From the NCBI GenBank assembly GCA_905178155.1, contig CAJINV010000026.1, positions 168,883 to 202,243 on the forward strand: a DNA stretch of 33,361 nucleotides. The letters run 5' to 3'. Within the stretch, counting starts at the first letter, position 1. Each line of letters begins with the position of its first letter. The notes below the pieces were generated by a model. The model was not told the DNA's origin and did no database searches. It was given only the letters and a program-made list of their open reading frames with translations. The stretch comes from Amoebophrya sp. A120. Its lineage: Eukaryota; Protista; Dinoflagellata. The position numbers and the translations under genes were made by a program. Below, piece after piece: positions 22,746 to 32,905 of the stretch.

Positions 22746-23098
22746 AGAACGCCGAAATCGATGTGTACGAAAAAAACAACACAGGGCATGATGAAAACGA
22801 ATGTACATACTGAATGACTGCCCTCTTCTTGTAAGTATTACTTATTACTACGACTCTGGTTCGTTCCTCTTCGTTTGAAGAAAAATACGGTTTGTGAGGA
22901 TGAAATGTGGCCGCGGAAACATACGGTTTGTGAATTTATGGAATTGCGATAAATAAAAGGAAAACGAATAACAAATGAATGCTGCAATTGAGAAAAAGAA
23001 AACTAAACCTGTACATAATCCATCAAAACGTCCGCATGTTCTGCAAGCGGAAGTTGTAGTTCATCCAACCGTGACGTTGATCAAAAGGTCACAGCCGC

Positions 23099-26000
23099 TC
23101 AAATGTGCTCCGGCTCCTGCGGCGCGTCATGCTCCGGCTCTTCCGCCGCGTAGGTCTCCAGGTCGTAAGTATCAACTGCAAAAGTGTCGGGGTCTGGGAG
23201 AGTCGGGGCTTGTCATGCACATTTGCATGACCCGTGAGGTCTGTGATGCTGGTGCTAGCATCACAGATTTTTTGAGAGCTTCTTGATGCTAGTTACGCAT
23301 GAGAAATGCCCTCTCCGCGTGCCAAGAACTGACTCCTCTTGCTGCACATGCAACACAGATCTTTTTAGAATCCGCAGACAGCAGTACAAGTTCCACTCTT
23401 CCAGACCCAGACATGTTCCCCCTGCATAATAAGACGCGTCCTGCATCTTTTTCAGCCTCCGCCCGGCATTGTCGGCTGACCGAGAGGACTTCTGTATCAA
23501 CTGTAAAAATGTCTGGGTCTGGAAGAATGTGAACTTGTCATGCAGGTTTTCTATGACCCTTGAGGTGTGGAATGCGGGACCTAGCATGACAGAGGCTGTG
23601 AGGTCTCTTTCATGCCTATTCTGCATGAGAAACTGCCTTTAAACTTGTTCAAAAGTGGACCTCTTTTGGTAATCATGCAACACAGATTTTTGCATGATTC
23701 GGATTTAGCATGACAAGTTGCAATCTTCCAGACCCAGACATTTTTGCAATCCATATTCTGCCGCCCCGCCCGATAGCTGCGGGTACCCGCGGGTACCTTG
23801 GCAGCGTCGTAGCTGTGTTGATGTTTTTTGTTTATCACGCATGACCAGTATCTTAAGCTTAACAGACGGAATTTCGATTTTCTCATGCTCGAACGACATA
23901 TTTGTACATCATGTCAGATTGTTGACATTGACTGTAGCGGACTCCTATATATACCTGTTCTCGTACCCCCCAGCGTAGTACCCGGTTTGCACGTCATCCA
24001 ACGCCTGCGGCTATCAAATGCAAATATGTCTGGTGTTTTGTCTGGAAACAAGACCTTGATACAGCACGGGGAAGAGAACGACTTCAACTTTTTGAAGAAA
24101 CAAAAGTAAAAGAGAACTACGCTGATGCACTATGTAGAGAGAGACTAAAAGCATGCTATGATGTCCACCGGTGGAACTAACTACTGCTACTTATACTGTC
24201 ATGTCTGGGTCTGGAAGAATGCAATATGTCATGCAGATTTTCCATGACCCATGAGGTCTGAAATGCGGGGCCTAGTATGACAAAGTCTGCCAGGTCTCTG
24301 TCATGCCTATCCTGCATGAGAAATCCCCTCCCAACTTGGTCGAAAGTGGACAGCTTTTGGCACTGATGCAACACAGATTTTGGCATGATTCAGATTGAGC
24401 ATCACAACTTACTGTGGTCTTCCAGACCCAGACATATTTGCAATGCATAGCGGCTTGCGCTTCTTGCGGGAAGCCTCGTCCAGAGAGGTTATAACCCGCT
24501 CAGGTGTTACAATCTCAAACGTTACAATAGAATCTGGAATTTGTGTTGCAAGAAGTGCATGACCTACCCTACTCCCACAGGATTGCGCATGACAAGTTCT
24601 GGAGTCCCAATCCGCACTACAATCTGGCGAAATTTGTATTGCAAATAGTGGAACGCTGTCCGAGTCTGTCATGTTGGTCATGCAAGACAAATCTCAGATT
24701 CTATTGTAACGTTTGAGATTGTAACACCTGAGCAGGTTATAGAGGTGCGTCCGCGTTTCTGAGATCCAGATCTGTTTCCACGACCTTGCGCGTCGTAGGA
24801 AGATGAACCGTAGCCTGCGTAGTGGTCGTCGGCGTAAGATGAACCGTGGTTATAATTCCAATCGTCGTCATGCCAGTCGTCATCCCCTCCACCAACTTCA
24901 ATCTCCGCCATTTCAATTGCCTCCCCTTCCGCGTCGTGAAATTTGTGGTCTGGCGACGCCGTTGTAGAAGAATTATTTGTCGGGTCAGCAAATGTTGATC
25001 CCATCGGCTTCGGCAGGTTGTTTTTCATGTTTTCGTTCGCAGCTTTCATGTCGTAGGACACCAAGTCATTGGTCGTCATGATGCCCTCCCCGGTGGCGCC
25101 CGGGGCGTCCGCGGGCCCGAGGATATCGAATGCAAATATGTCTGGGTCTGGAAACTTGTGATGCTAAAATGTGCATGATGAAAGCACTTCCTCATGCAGG
25201 AAAGCATGACAAGCTTGCAGAACGCTTTCTCGTACGAACTCCGCATGAGAAACTGCGTTTCTGTCTGACATGAGACGAGGCTGCCACTTTATTTGTTGGT
25301 CATCATGCAATACAGATTTCACAGGAATGTAAGAACAGCATTACAAGTTCCAACTTTCCAGACCCAGACATATTTGCAATGCATAGAGGAGACCCTTGAC
25401 GGATTTGCGCTGGTCTCGTCCCGCCTCCTTGCCCTCGGACCGGAGAAGGGCGTCGTATCGTGTGTAAAAACCACAGGGCCCAGGAGCACACCAGAGTAAT
25501 CTTCAAGATAGGACGTTTGCTACATAAATCAGCAGGCTTTGGCTGTTGCGCATAACAAGTTCTTTGGGTACACTCTGGTGTAGTTGTAGTGGTCGTGTTT
25601 GGCTAGTACATTAAAGCCGCATCACAAAATAGAATCTAGCTGCTCCCTATCCTGATTAGAGCAGGACAAAGTTCTTGTACCAAGCAGCATGGGAAAGTGC
25701 TGCTCATGAAATTGCGTGCATGAGAAACATTTTAGGCATGCAGATTTGCATGACATCTAACTCTGGGCAGGTCGTGTGGGCCCCGGTTTTTCCTCAGGAT
25801 ACGTGGCAGTACAAAATCGCGTTGGTACTGTAAACGATCAGCATCTGCACAAACTGGAAGATGACGGCACAGGCACAGCCGACAAAGATTCCGGTAATAT
25901 CAAATGCAGAAATGTCTGGGTCTGGAAACTTGTGATGGTGCAAGTCAGTGATCAATAAGTGAACTGTAATGCGCAGCCGAGCATGACAAGTTTTTTTCGT

Positions 26001-29000
26001 GCTTCTGTGCCGCCAATTCCGCATGAGAAACTGCGTTTTTGCATGACACGCGAGAGAGGCTGTTCGTGGCCACGCAATACAGATTGCAGAGTCATGCCAG
26101 ACTAGCATGTCAAATCTGGCAATCTTCCAGACCCAGACATATTTGCCTTTGATATGTAAACAAACCGTGCAAAACGTTGTTTTCGTCCAGATCCTATGCA
26201 TTGCAAATACCGATCCGGGTCTGGAAGGATGGAACTTGTCATGGTACCTTTGGATTCGTTTTAAAATGTGTATTGCATGAACAGCAAAAGACATCCAGTT
26301 TTTTGCTACGCGGAGAGGGCATTTCTCGTGCGGTATGGGCATCAGAAAGTCCTCGCAGAGTCTGTGATGCTACGGCTTGCATCACAGACATCATCGGGCA
26401 GGCAAAATCTGCATAACAAACTCCAGCAAGCTTCCAGACCCAGACGTATTTGCATTTGATAAATCCTTGATGGCATTCCAGTCGGCGATATCAAATGTAA
26501 AAATGTCTGGGTCTGGAAGATTGCAACTTGTGATGCTGTCTCTACATTCTAAAAAAATCTGTATTGCATGAGTAGCAAACGGAATGCAATTTTTGCTACG
26601 CTGAGAAGACATTTGTCATGCGGAATAGGCATCAAGAAGCCCTCAAAAAATCTGTATTGCTAGGGTATGCATCACAGACATCATGGCTCATGCAAAACGT
26701 GCATGACAAGTGTCAGAATCTTCCAGACCCAGACATTTTTACATTTGATACGCGATCAGGATGAGCAGGATCAAGCCGAAGATGGGCCCAAAGCCGAGGC
26801 CGATCACGAACATTATCGCAAGAAAAAACTGTTTCACTGTGAACTTGTGATGCAGAAAATGGAGCACAAAACTATTTGTCTTGCTACACCTGCATAGAGC
26901 ATTGGAGTTTCAACCGTGTTTTCCCTTTTGGAATCGCGCATGGCAAATTTTCTGTGTCATGTGTATACAAACTTGTGATGCGGTTCTTGCAAAATCATCA
27001 CAGTGGAACAGTTTTTTCTTGCGATAAACATCCACATAAGGATGATGAGAACGAAGAGAACAAACACGCTCACGTCAAAATTGTCGTTTCCGAAGACGCC
27101 CTGTTCGATTTGGTTATCCATGTAGACCCAAGCCATCATGCCCTATCAAACGCAAAAATGTCTGGGTCTGGAAGATTGCGAGATTTGTCATGCTTGTCTG
27201 GCATGACCAAAAAGTTTGTGATGCGTGTCCAAGGAGGGACCCTTTTGCCTGTCATGCTTGTCATGCGAAAAACGCAACACAAAGAAGCGCAGATATTTAT
27301 CATGCTTGCCTGTGCATTACAGAGCATTCACTGTTCCCAACGCAGCATTACAAGTTTCCAGACCCAGACATATTTGCAATCCATATGCCCATGCCGGTCG
27401 CAACCAGCACCCGGTGCACCGTAAAAGTGGACGTCAGTGCGTAGTCCTGCACGGCTAAACCCAGCACGCCCTGGTTGCTATCGTCCTGAAACAGGTTAAA
27501 CACTTTCATCGCCGTGGCGCAAATCGGGCCGGAGTGAATCGTATGAACTGCAAAAGTATCGTACTCGCATAAATGCATTACAGATTTCCTCAGCATGAGA
27601 AAAAAGATTTGTAATGCGGGTTTACCTTGACAAAAAGATTTGTAATGCATGATTGCAATACGAGTACTATACTTTTGCACAGGATAAATCGTGTGACCGA
27701 CGACCAAGTACTTGGTGAAGGGTTCGACGAGACACTTGATTCCCATCCAGAGCTATCAAATGTAAAAGTGTCTGGGTCTGGAAGGTTGGAAGACTTGTCA
27801 TGCAGGTTTTCCATGACGCTTGAGGTCTGTAATACATGACCCAGCATGACAGCTTCTTCTCGACCTCTATCATGCCTCGTCTGCATGAGAAAGTCCCTCT
27901 CAGCTTGGTCAAAAGAGGAGAGCTTTTGGTAATCATGCAACACAGATTCTTGCACTATCGAGAATTAGCATGACAGGTTGCATTCTTCCAGACCCAGACA
28001 TTTTTACAATCCATAAGAGCGCGAAGCACAACAAGTCCGTGCAGCAAAACCCGAAATTCCAACAACAGCAAAGAATCGGGTTTGCGGCCACGTTCTCCGC
28101 CCGCCGGCGGATCTCGTACGTCAACGAAACAATGATGGACGCGAACATGTTAACCCCGGCAGAGGTCGTGTACGCCATGGAAAACCCGACGGCTCCGGGG
28201 TTGCGAATCGCCGGTGTGTTTCCGTACAGCTTTGCTGCGGTTCCCGAGTGGAAGGTCCAGTTGGCGACGCCGGTTGTGCAAATGATGAGAATCACCTGGC
28301 GCAGAAAGATTACCAGCGGAAAGAAGACGAGCCAGAGCATGGTCTGACAGAAAACACTCGCGCTCGTTGTCTTCAGCTCACACAGGCTGGCGCTGTTGTT
28401 TGTGGGGTTCGCGTGCCGAATAAGCGTTCCAGTATACCGCCACTCCACCCAATTTCCGGACTCGATGAACCCAACGAGCCAAAAGGCGAGAAAACCGCCG
28501 AAAACCAAAAACTGCAGCATGGAAAACAATATCACGTCTTTGGCTTTGTTCAGACACGACATGGCCTTGCTCGCACTGTCGGCCGCTTCGGAGACTTGCT
28601 TGAAGTAAAGAATGGTCACCACGGTGACTACCACAGCGGGAATCATATCAAATGCAAATATCGATCTGGGTCTGAAAGATTGCAGGAGTTTGTCATGTAT
28701 CTACTTCTGGATCACGCAACTGGTCCCTCGTGCTGCACGCAAAAGCATCACAGGATTTGCGCACGCCTCCTGATGTCTATCCCACATGAGAAATCCCCTA
28801 TTTGCGTAGCAAGAAATGGGAAGCTTTTGGTGCTTCTGCAATACAGATTTTTGTCTAGTCCAGACTTAGCATGACAAGTTCCAATTCTTCCAAACCCAGA
28901 CAGATTTCCAACTGATAAATCAGCAGGTACCATAAATGTTTCGGGTCGACGCAGAATAGCGCAATCATGGCGATCACACCCAGGGCGATGGTGCCAAAAA

Positions 29001-32000
29001 TCATCACCTTCGGGGCGTAGTAAAGCGCCAACAGCCACAAAACCAGCAGCCAGGTGAAGGCGAGAAAAGAGATCAGCGGCACCTCCCACTGCTCCGCCAT
29101 CGTTTCCCACACCGTCTTCCGATCGTCGCTCGCGCTCAGTTATCCTGTGCAAAAGTATCGCACTCGTAGTAATCGCAATTATGCATTACAAATCGTTTTC
29201 CTAAGGTCAATCAGCATGAGAAATTTCATTTGTAATGTTTCGCAAATTTGTAATGCGAGTTCTACTAGTACGATACTTTTGCACCGCATATCAGCCGCCG
29301 CCGCAAGTGCCGCGCTTCTTGCAGCAGCCGCTTCGCCTGCAGCCGTTTTTGCAAGTGCCGCTCTTCCAGTTCCGCCCGCTGTTGTAGTTCTTCCTCCCCG
29401 TACGAACTAGGCAGGAACTTGAAATCTTCATGGCTTTCGAGTTCGTGCTATGCATTGCAAATATGTCTGGGAGGTCTGGAATAAACTTGTAATGCTGAGT
29501 TGCGTAGCATGAGGAGGCCAAGAATGATGGCCCAGAATGACAAGTTTCCGAGCTTCTAGGTGTAGTTGCCTACACTGCATGACAAACTGCGTTTCAGCAT
29601 CACAGAAAAATCGGCCTTTTGAGTAATCGGTGCATGACAGACTTGAGAGTCTTGCTAGCCGAGCGAGACAAATTTCGCATTCTTCCAGGAGACCGCCCAG
29701 ATCCATATTTGCAGTTGATACGTGCACTTGTTGCAGTAATTGGCGGATTCTCAAATGGCCTGCATCTCCGCGCTCCTGCAAATCGTCTTCCTCACCACCA
29801 GGAGCGACGTTATGCGTTGCAAATATGTCTGGGTCTGGAAACTTGTGATGCTAATTTATGAATTGCGGGGACACGGCAATAGGCAGCCACGCATGACAAG
29901 TTTCTGGGCTCCTATGTGTTTCGCTTTCCGCATGACAAACTACATTTTTGCATGACAGGCAAGAGGGTCTTTTGCTGCTCACGCATTACAGGTTCAAGAA
30001 TCATGTGAGACAAGCATGACAAACATCTGCATTCTTCCAGACCCAGACACTTTTGCATTTGATAGACGTCCTCCCCCGACAAAAGAACTCGGGGATTTTT
30101 TACGCATTGGTAATTGCTCATATCGCACGAAAAAACTGTTTCACTGTGAACTTGTGATGCATAAAATGAAACACAGAAGCATTTGTCTTGCTACACATGC
30201 AAGACAACGGATTTCTAGCTGTGTTTTCCCTTAGGATTCCCGTATGACAGATTTTCAGTGTCATGCGTAACAAACTTGTGATGCAGATTTCGCACAACCA
30301 CCACAGTGAACCAGTTTTTTCGTGGGATAGCTCATGTCGAGAGTGTAGTCCCACTGGCACCAATCGCACCCAATGCCGTTCGAAAGGACAGCAGCATAAT
30401 AATTACAGCGGTACGCGCCCATCGCACCTCCCCCGGGGCAGATGCAACCCGTCGACGGTGCTATGACAGTGCACAACTCCTCCTCCCCCTCATTTGTCGT
30501 GCGAAATCCCAACTCCAGTCGCTGCATTGTGGCACTGTGTGCATGACAAAAAATTCCGGAGGGGGCCAAAAAGTACTACATGATCAGGCACTACGTAGAT
30601 TTGTCCATGCATAGGCTCCACATGTGGTGCGCGGGTGTTTGTATTGCTGTTCATGTCATACATAGAAGTGGGAGGGGGAGTTGTGCCCTCTCATAGGTGC
30701 GACCGTGCTTGTAGAAGTCGAGGCTGAATCGGGAACGCATTGCATCGTAAGGAAAAATCCCCCCGCCCCATATCGAAAAGGAAATTTGTGATGCTGATTT
30801 GTGGCCACTGCGTACACAGCAAACGGCACTCCTGCGGCGCATTGTAAGTACAGCGAGTCTGTCACGCGTTTTCGCATATGCCAGACTTGCTTCTCATGCT
30901 CAGTTGCTAGCCGGATGCGTACCCGAGTGGGCGTAGAACATGCCGCCACGCTCTTGCTGCAATAGATGAAAGCTCCTTTGTGTACACAAATCCAGCAACA
31001 CAAATTGTCTTTTGAATATGGGGTAGGGGCTTTTTTCACGTTGATACATTGGTAAAGGTTAGGTGAGTTACTGCGTGTGTAGCCGATATTACAGCCTCCA
31101 CACCCGACTCCGTTCGTCAGCGTGCCGTAGACACTTCTGCACTATCAAATGCAAAAATGTCTGGGTCTGGAAGAATGCAACTTGTGATGCTGCATTAGCA
31201 TTTGGATGTCTAAAACTAAAATTAAAAGAATTGTGTTGCATGAGCAGCAAAAGGAGTCTAATTTTTGCTACGCGGTAGTAGTAGTAGTCACCATTTGACT
31301 CCTGGCGGGTCGGCGTTAGAACAGATTTAGCCTCTGCGAATACAGCCTGGGCGTTAGAACAGATTTAGCCTCTGCCAATACCACCTGGGCGCTAGAACAG
31401 GTTTAGCCTCTGCCAATGCCCCTAGGTGGATATCCGATCCACTTCCTAACTACCACCCGGCCGCAACCGCAATACCGCTATCGATTGCTTACGCGTATCT
31501 ACGGCCAGTGGGCGTGACGTGTGGCAGACCCATCTTACCATCCAAGCCCGCAAGCAAGGCGGAGCTTCGGAGTAGCCTTGAAGGGTTGGTCTTACAAACT
31601 TGTTCGCAATCATACTTCTGTGTACGCGCAGAGGGCATTTGTCATGCGGGATAGGCATCAAGAATCCCTGAAAAAAATTGTGACGCTAGGGCATGCATCA
31701 CAGACATCATGGCTTATGCAAACCGCGCATGACAAGTCTCAGAATCTTCCAGACCCAGATCGATTTTTGCATTTGATAGGCACACACTGCTAGTGAGCGG
31801 AGTTCCATTCGGACAGGTGCAGATACCATAACCGGGACTGCTAACGCATTGCATCGTGGCCTGACTCACTGCGTAGTTGGGATCGCAGTAGTCGCACCCG
31901 ATGCCGTTTGTCAGCGAGCCCATGCTGGTGTACATGCCGCAAAATGAGTTATCCTGAGTAAAAACGGGGCCCGCACACCAGAGTCAAGATGGGATGAAAT

Positions 32001-32760
32001 CTGCTAGACAAATCCACCAGCTTTGGTTGTTTCGCATGACAAGTTTCGATCCTCGTAGTGTGATCCTCGATTTAGCTAGTTCAGCAGCATCACAGATCTA
32101 GGACATGATACTGGTTCTAGCATTACAACAAATTCCCAAACACGACAAGAAAATACTTCTCATGGGGCGCCGCATGAGAAACCTTTTTCGCATGTAGATT
32201 TGCATGACAACTCTGGGGTGGGAACGTTTTTACTCAGAATATGAGTCGGTGAGCGGAGTTCCATTCGGGCACGTGCAGGTCGCCGTGGGCGCCGGCGACG
32301 GCGCATATCAACTGCAAATATCGATCTGGGTCTGGAAGTAGAGTGTAAACTTGTCATGCAGGTTTTCCATGACCCACGAGGTCTGGAAATATTCAAATGC
32401 GGGACCTAGCATGACAGACTCTGCGAGGTGGTCTCTGTCATAGTACTTTTCCTGCATGAGAAACTCCCTCCCAACGTGCTCGAAAGTGGACACCTCTTGG
32501 AAGACTCATGCAACACAGAGGGCTTTTGTAAGATTCAGATTTAGCATGACAAGTTAGCGCCCTACTTCCAGACCCAGACATTCTTGCATTTGATAGCGCA
32601 GGGGTTCCCCCGCCGATGTTGGCAACGCATTGGTAATTGCTGATGTCGAGCGCGTAGCCGGCGTTGCACAAAGAACAGCCGATTCCACCCTGCAGGCTCG
32701 GTTGCATCATTCCGCAGGTGTAGTCGATCATCGGCACTCCATTCGGGCAGGTGCAAGAAC
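23099..32760 (-). CDS. Choline transporter-like (SLC44/CTL/Pns1 family) membrane protein with Cys-rich CxCPNG repeats; >=1007 aa, 5' end not in view
   Basis: Removing 23 elements (each plus one TSD) and one GT-AG intron (23813-23954) gives 3026 nt of open frame ending in TGA at 23099-23101. CTL-like segments: ICTTGVANWTFH, AYTTSAGVNMFASIIVSLTYEIRRR, CCCWNFGFCCTDLLCFALWMGIKCLVEPFTKYLVVGHTIHSGPICATAMKVFNLF, IVYSTNAILYC. The family was assigned from remembered motifs, not from a search. Confidence 0.87.
23170..23428. mobile_element. TIR introner, family A
   Basis: TSD GTAAG/ATAAG; empty site in the paralog at about 19750. Confidence 0.93.
23495..23755. mobile_element. TIR introner, family A
   Basis: TSD TTCTG; empty site in the paralog at about 19811. 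Confidence 0.94.
23813..23954 (-). other. Canonical GT-AG spliceosomal intron
   Basis: Minus strand AG|GTATAT...CACAG|C; removal joins YEN-S-YDAAKV in frame; same position in the paralog (19868-20003). Confidence 0.82.
24012..24449. mobile_element. TIR introner, family A, with a nested 167-bp insertion
   Basis: TSD GCGGC; empty site at about 20056; insert 24034-24200 is flanked by ATGTCTGG repeats. Confidence 0.92.
24490..24741. mobile_element. TIR introner, family H
   Basis: About 47-bp near-perfect TIR TATAACCCGCTCAGGTGTTACAATCTCAAACGTTACAATAGAATCTG; TSD GAGGT. Confidence 0.94.
25124..25385. mobile_element. TIR introner, family A
   Basis: Family A TIRs; TSD GAGGA. Confidence 0.93.
25456..25801. 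mobile_element. TIR introner, family D-like (diverged)
   Basis: TATCGTGTGTAAAAACC...GGTTTTTCCTCAGGATA; TSD CGTCG/CGTGG. Confidence 0.85.
25898..26154. mobile_element. TIR introner, family A
   Basis: TSD GGTAA/TGTAA. Confidence 0.92.
26195..26461. mobile_element. TIR introner, family A
   Basis: TSD GATCC/AATCC. Confidence 0.92.
26489..26750. mobile_element. TIR introner, family A
   Basis: TSD GGCGA/CGCGA; only 27 nt from the previous element. Confidence 0.92.
26814..27026. mobile_element. TIR introner, family F
   Basis: TSD AACAT. Confidence 0.93.
27144..27385. mobile_element. TIR introner, family A
   Basis: TSD TGCCC. Confidence 0.93.
27542..27686. mobile_element. TIR introner, family B
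   Basis: TSD AATCG. Confidence 0.93.
27754..28015. mobile_element. TIR introner, family A
   Basis: TSD AGAGC. Confidence 0.93.
28646..28917. mobile_element. TIR introner, family A
   Basis: TSD AATCA. Confidence 0.92.
29141..29290. mobile_element. TIR introner, family B
   Basis: TSD TCAGT/TCAGC. Confidence 0.92.
29449..29720. mobile_element. TIR introner, family A
   Basis: TSD CGTGC. Confidence 0.92.
29811..30064. mobile_element. TIR introner, family A
   Basis: TSD GACGT. Confidence 0.93.
30121..30329. mobile_element. TIR introner, family F
   Basis: TSD GCTCA. Confidence 0.93.
30462..30695. mobile_element. TIR introner, family I
   Basis: TATGACAGTGCACAACTCCTCCTCCC...GGGAGGGGGAGTTGTGCCCTCTCATA; TSD GGTGC. 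Confidence 0.9.
30743..31046. mobile_element. TIR introner, family C (left end CAT)
   Basis: CATCGTAAGGAAAAATCCCCC...GGGGCTTTTTTCACGTTGATA; TSD CATTG. Confidence 0.9.
31143..31778. mobile_element. TIR introner, family A, with a nested 348-bp insertion
   Basis: TSD TGCAC/GGCAC; insert 31275-31622 lies between TACGCG repeats. Confidence 0.9.
31950..32241. mobile_element. TIR introner, family D
   Basis: TSD TGAGT. Confidence 0.92.
32306..32595. mobile_element. TIR introner, family A
   Basis: TSD GCGCA. Confidence 0.93.
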
Positions 32761-32905
32761 TATCCCACGAAAAAAGTGTATATCGTTTACACATTTATAG
32801 TCAATTCAGCAACACAAATTTCTCAGCATGAGAGAGAAAACTTGTCAAGTGGTCCAAGTTCCCAAGATGATCTTACGCATGTAACCGATTTTAAAAATTT
32901 CGCGC
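32761..32905. mobile_element. Family F-like element, right end missing or interrupted
   Basis: Starts TATCCCACGAAAAAA (reverse complement of the family F right end); no closing ATA plus AGAAC in the window. Confidence 0.6.

Noticed and set aside
79-32595. Recurring TTCCAGACCCAGACAT repeats as a CRISPR array
   Set aside because: They occur as inverted pairs bounding larger repeated elements, and the apparent spacers are exons; no cas genes seen
79-32595. Ordinary GT-AG splicing of the elements
   Set aside because: Frame-restoring boundaries within the TSD fit GT-AG at only 1 of 40 sites; the obvious GT...AG pair at 581-729 would shift the frame
265-32794. Many short ORFs containing CKNVWVWK, MSGSG, FQTQT or PDPD
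   Set aside because: These are translations of the family A TIR in different frames, not proteins
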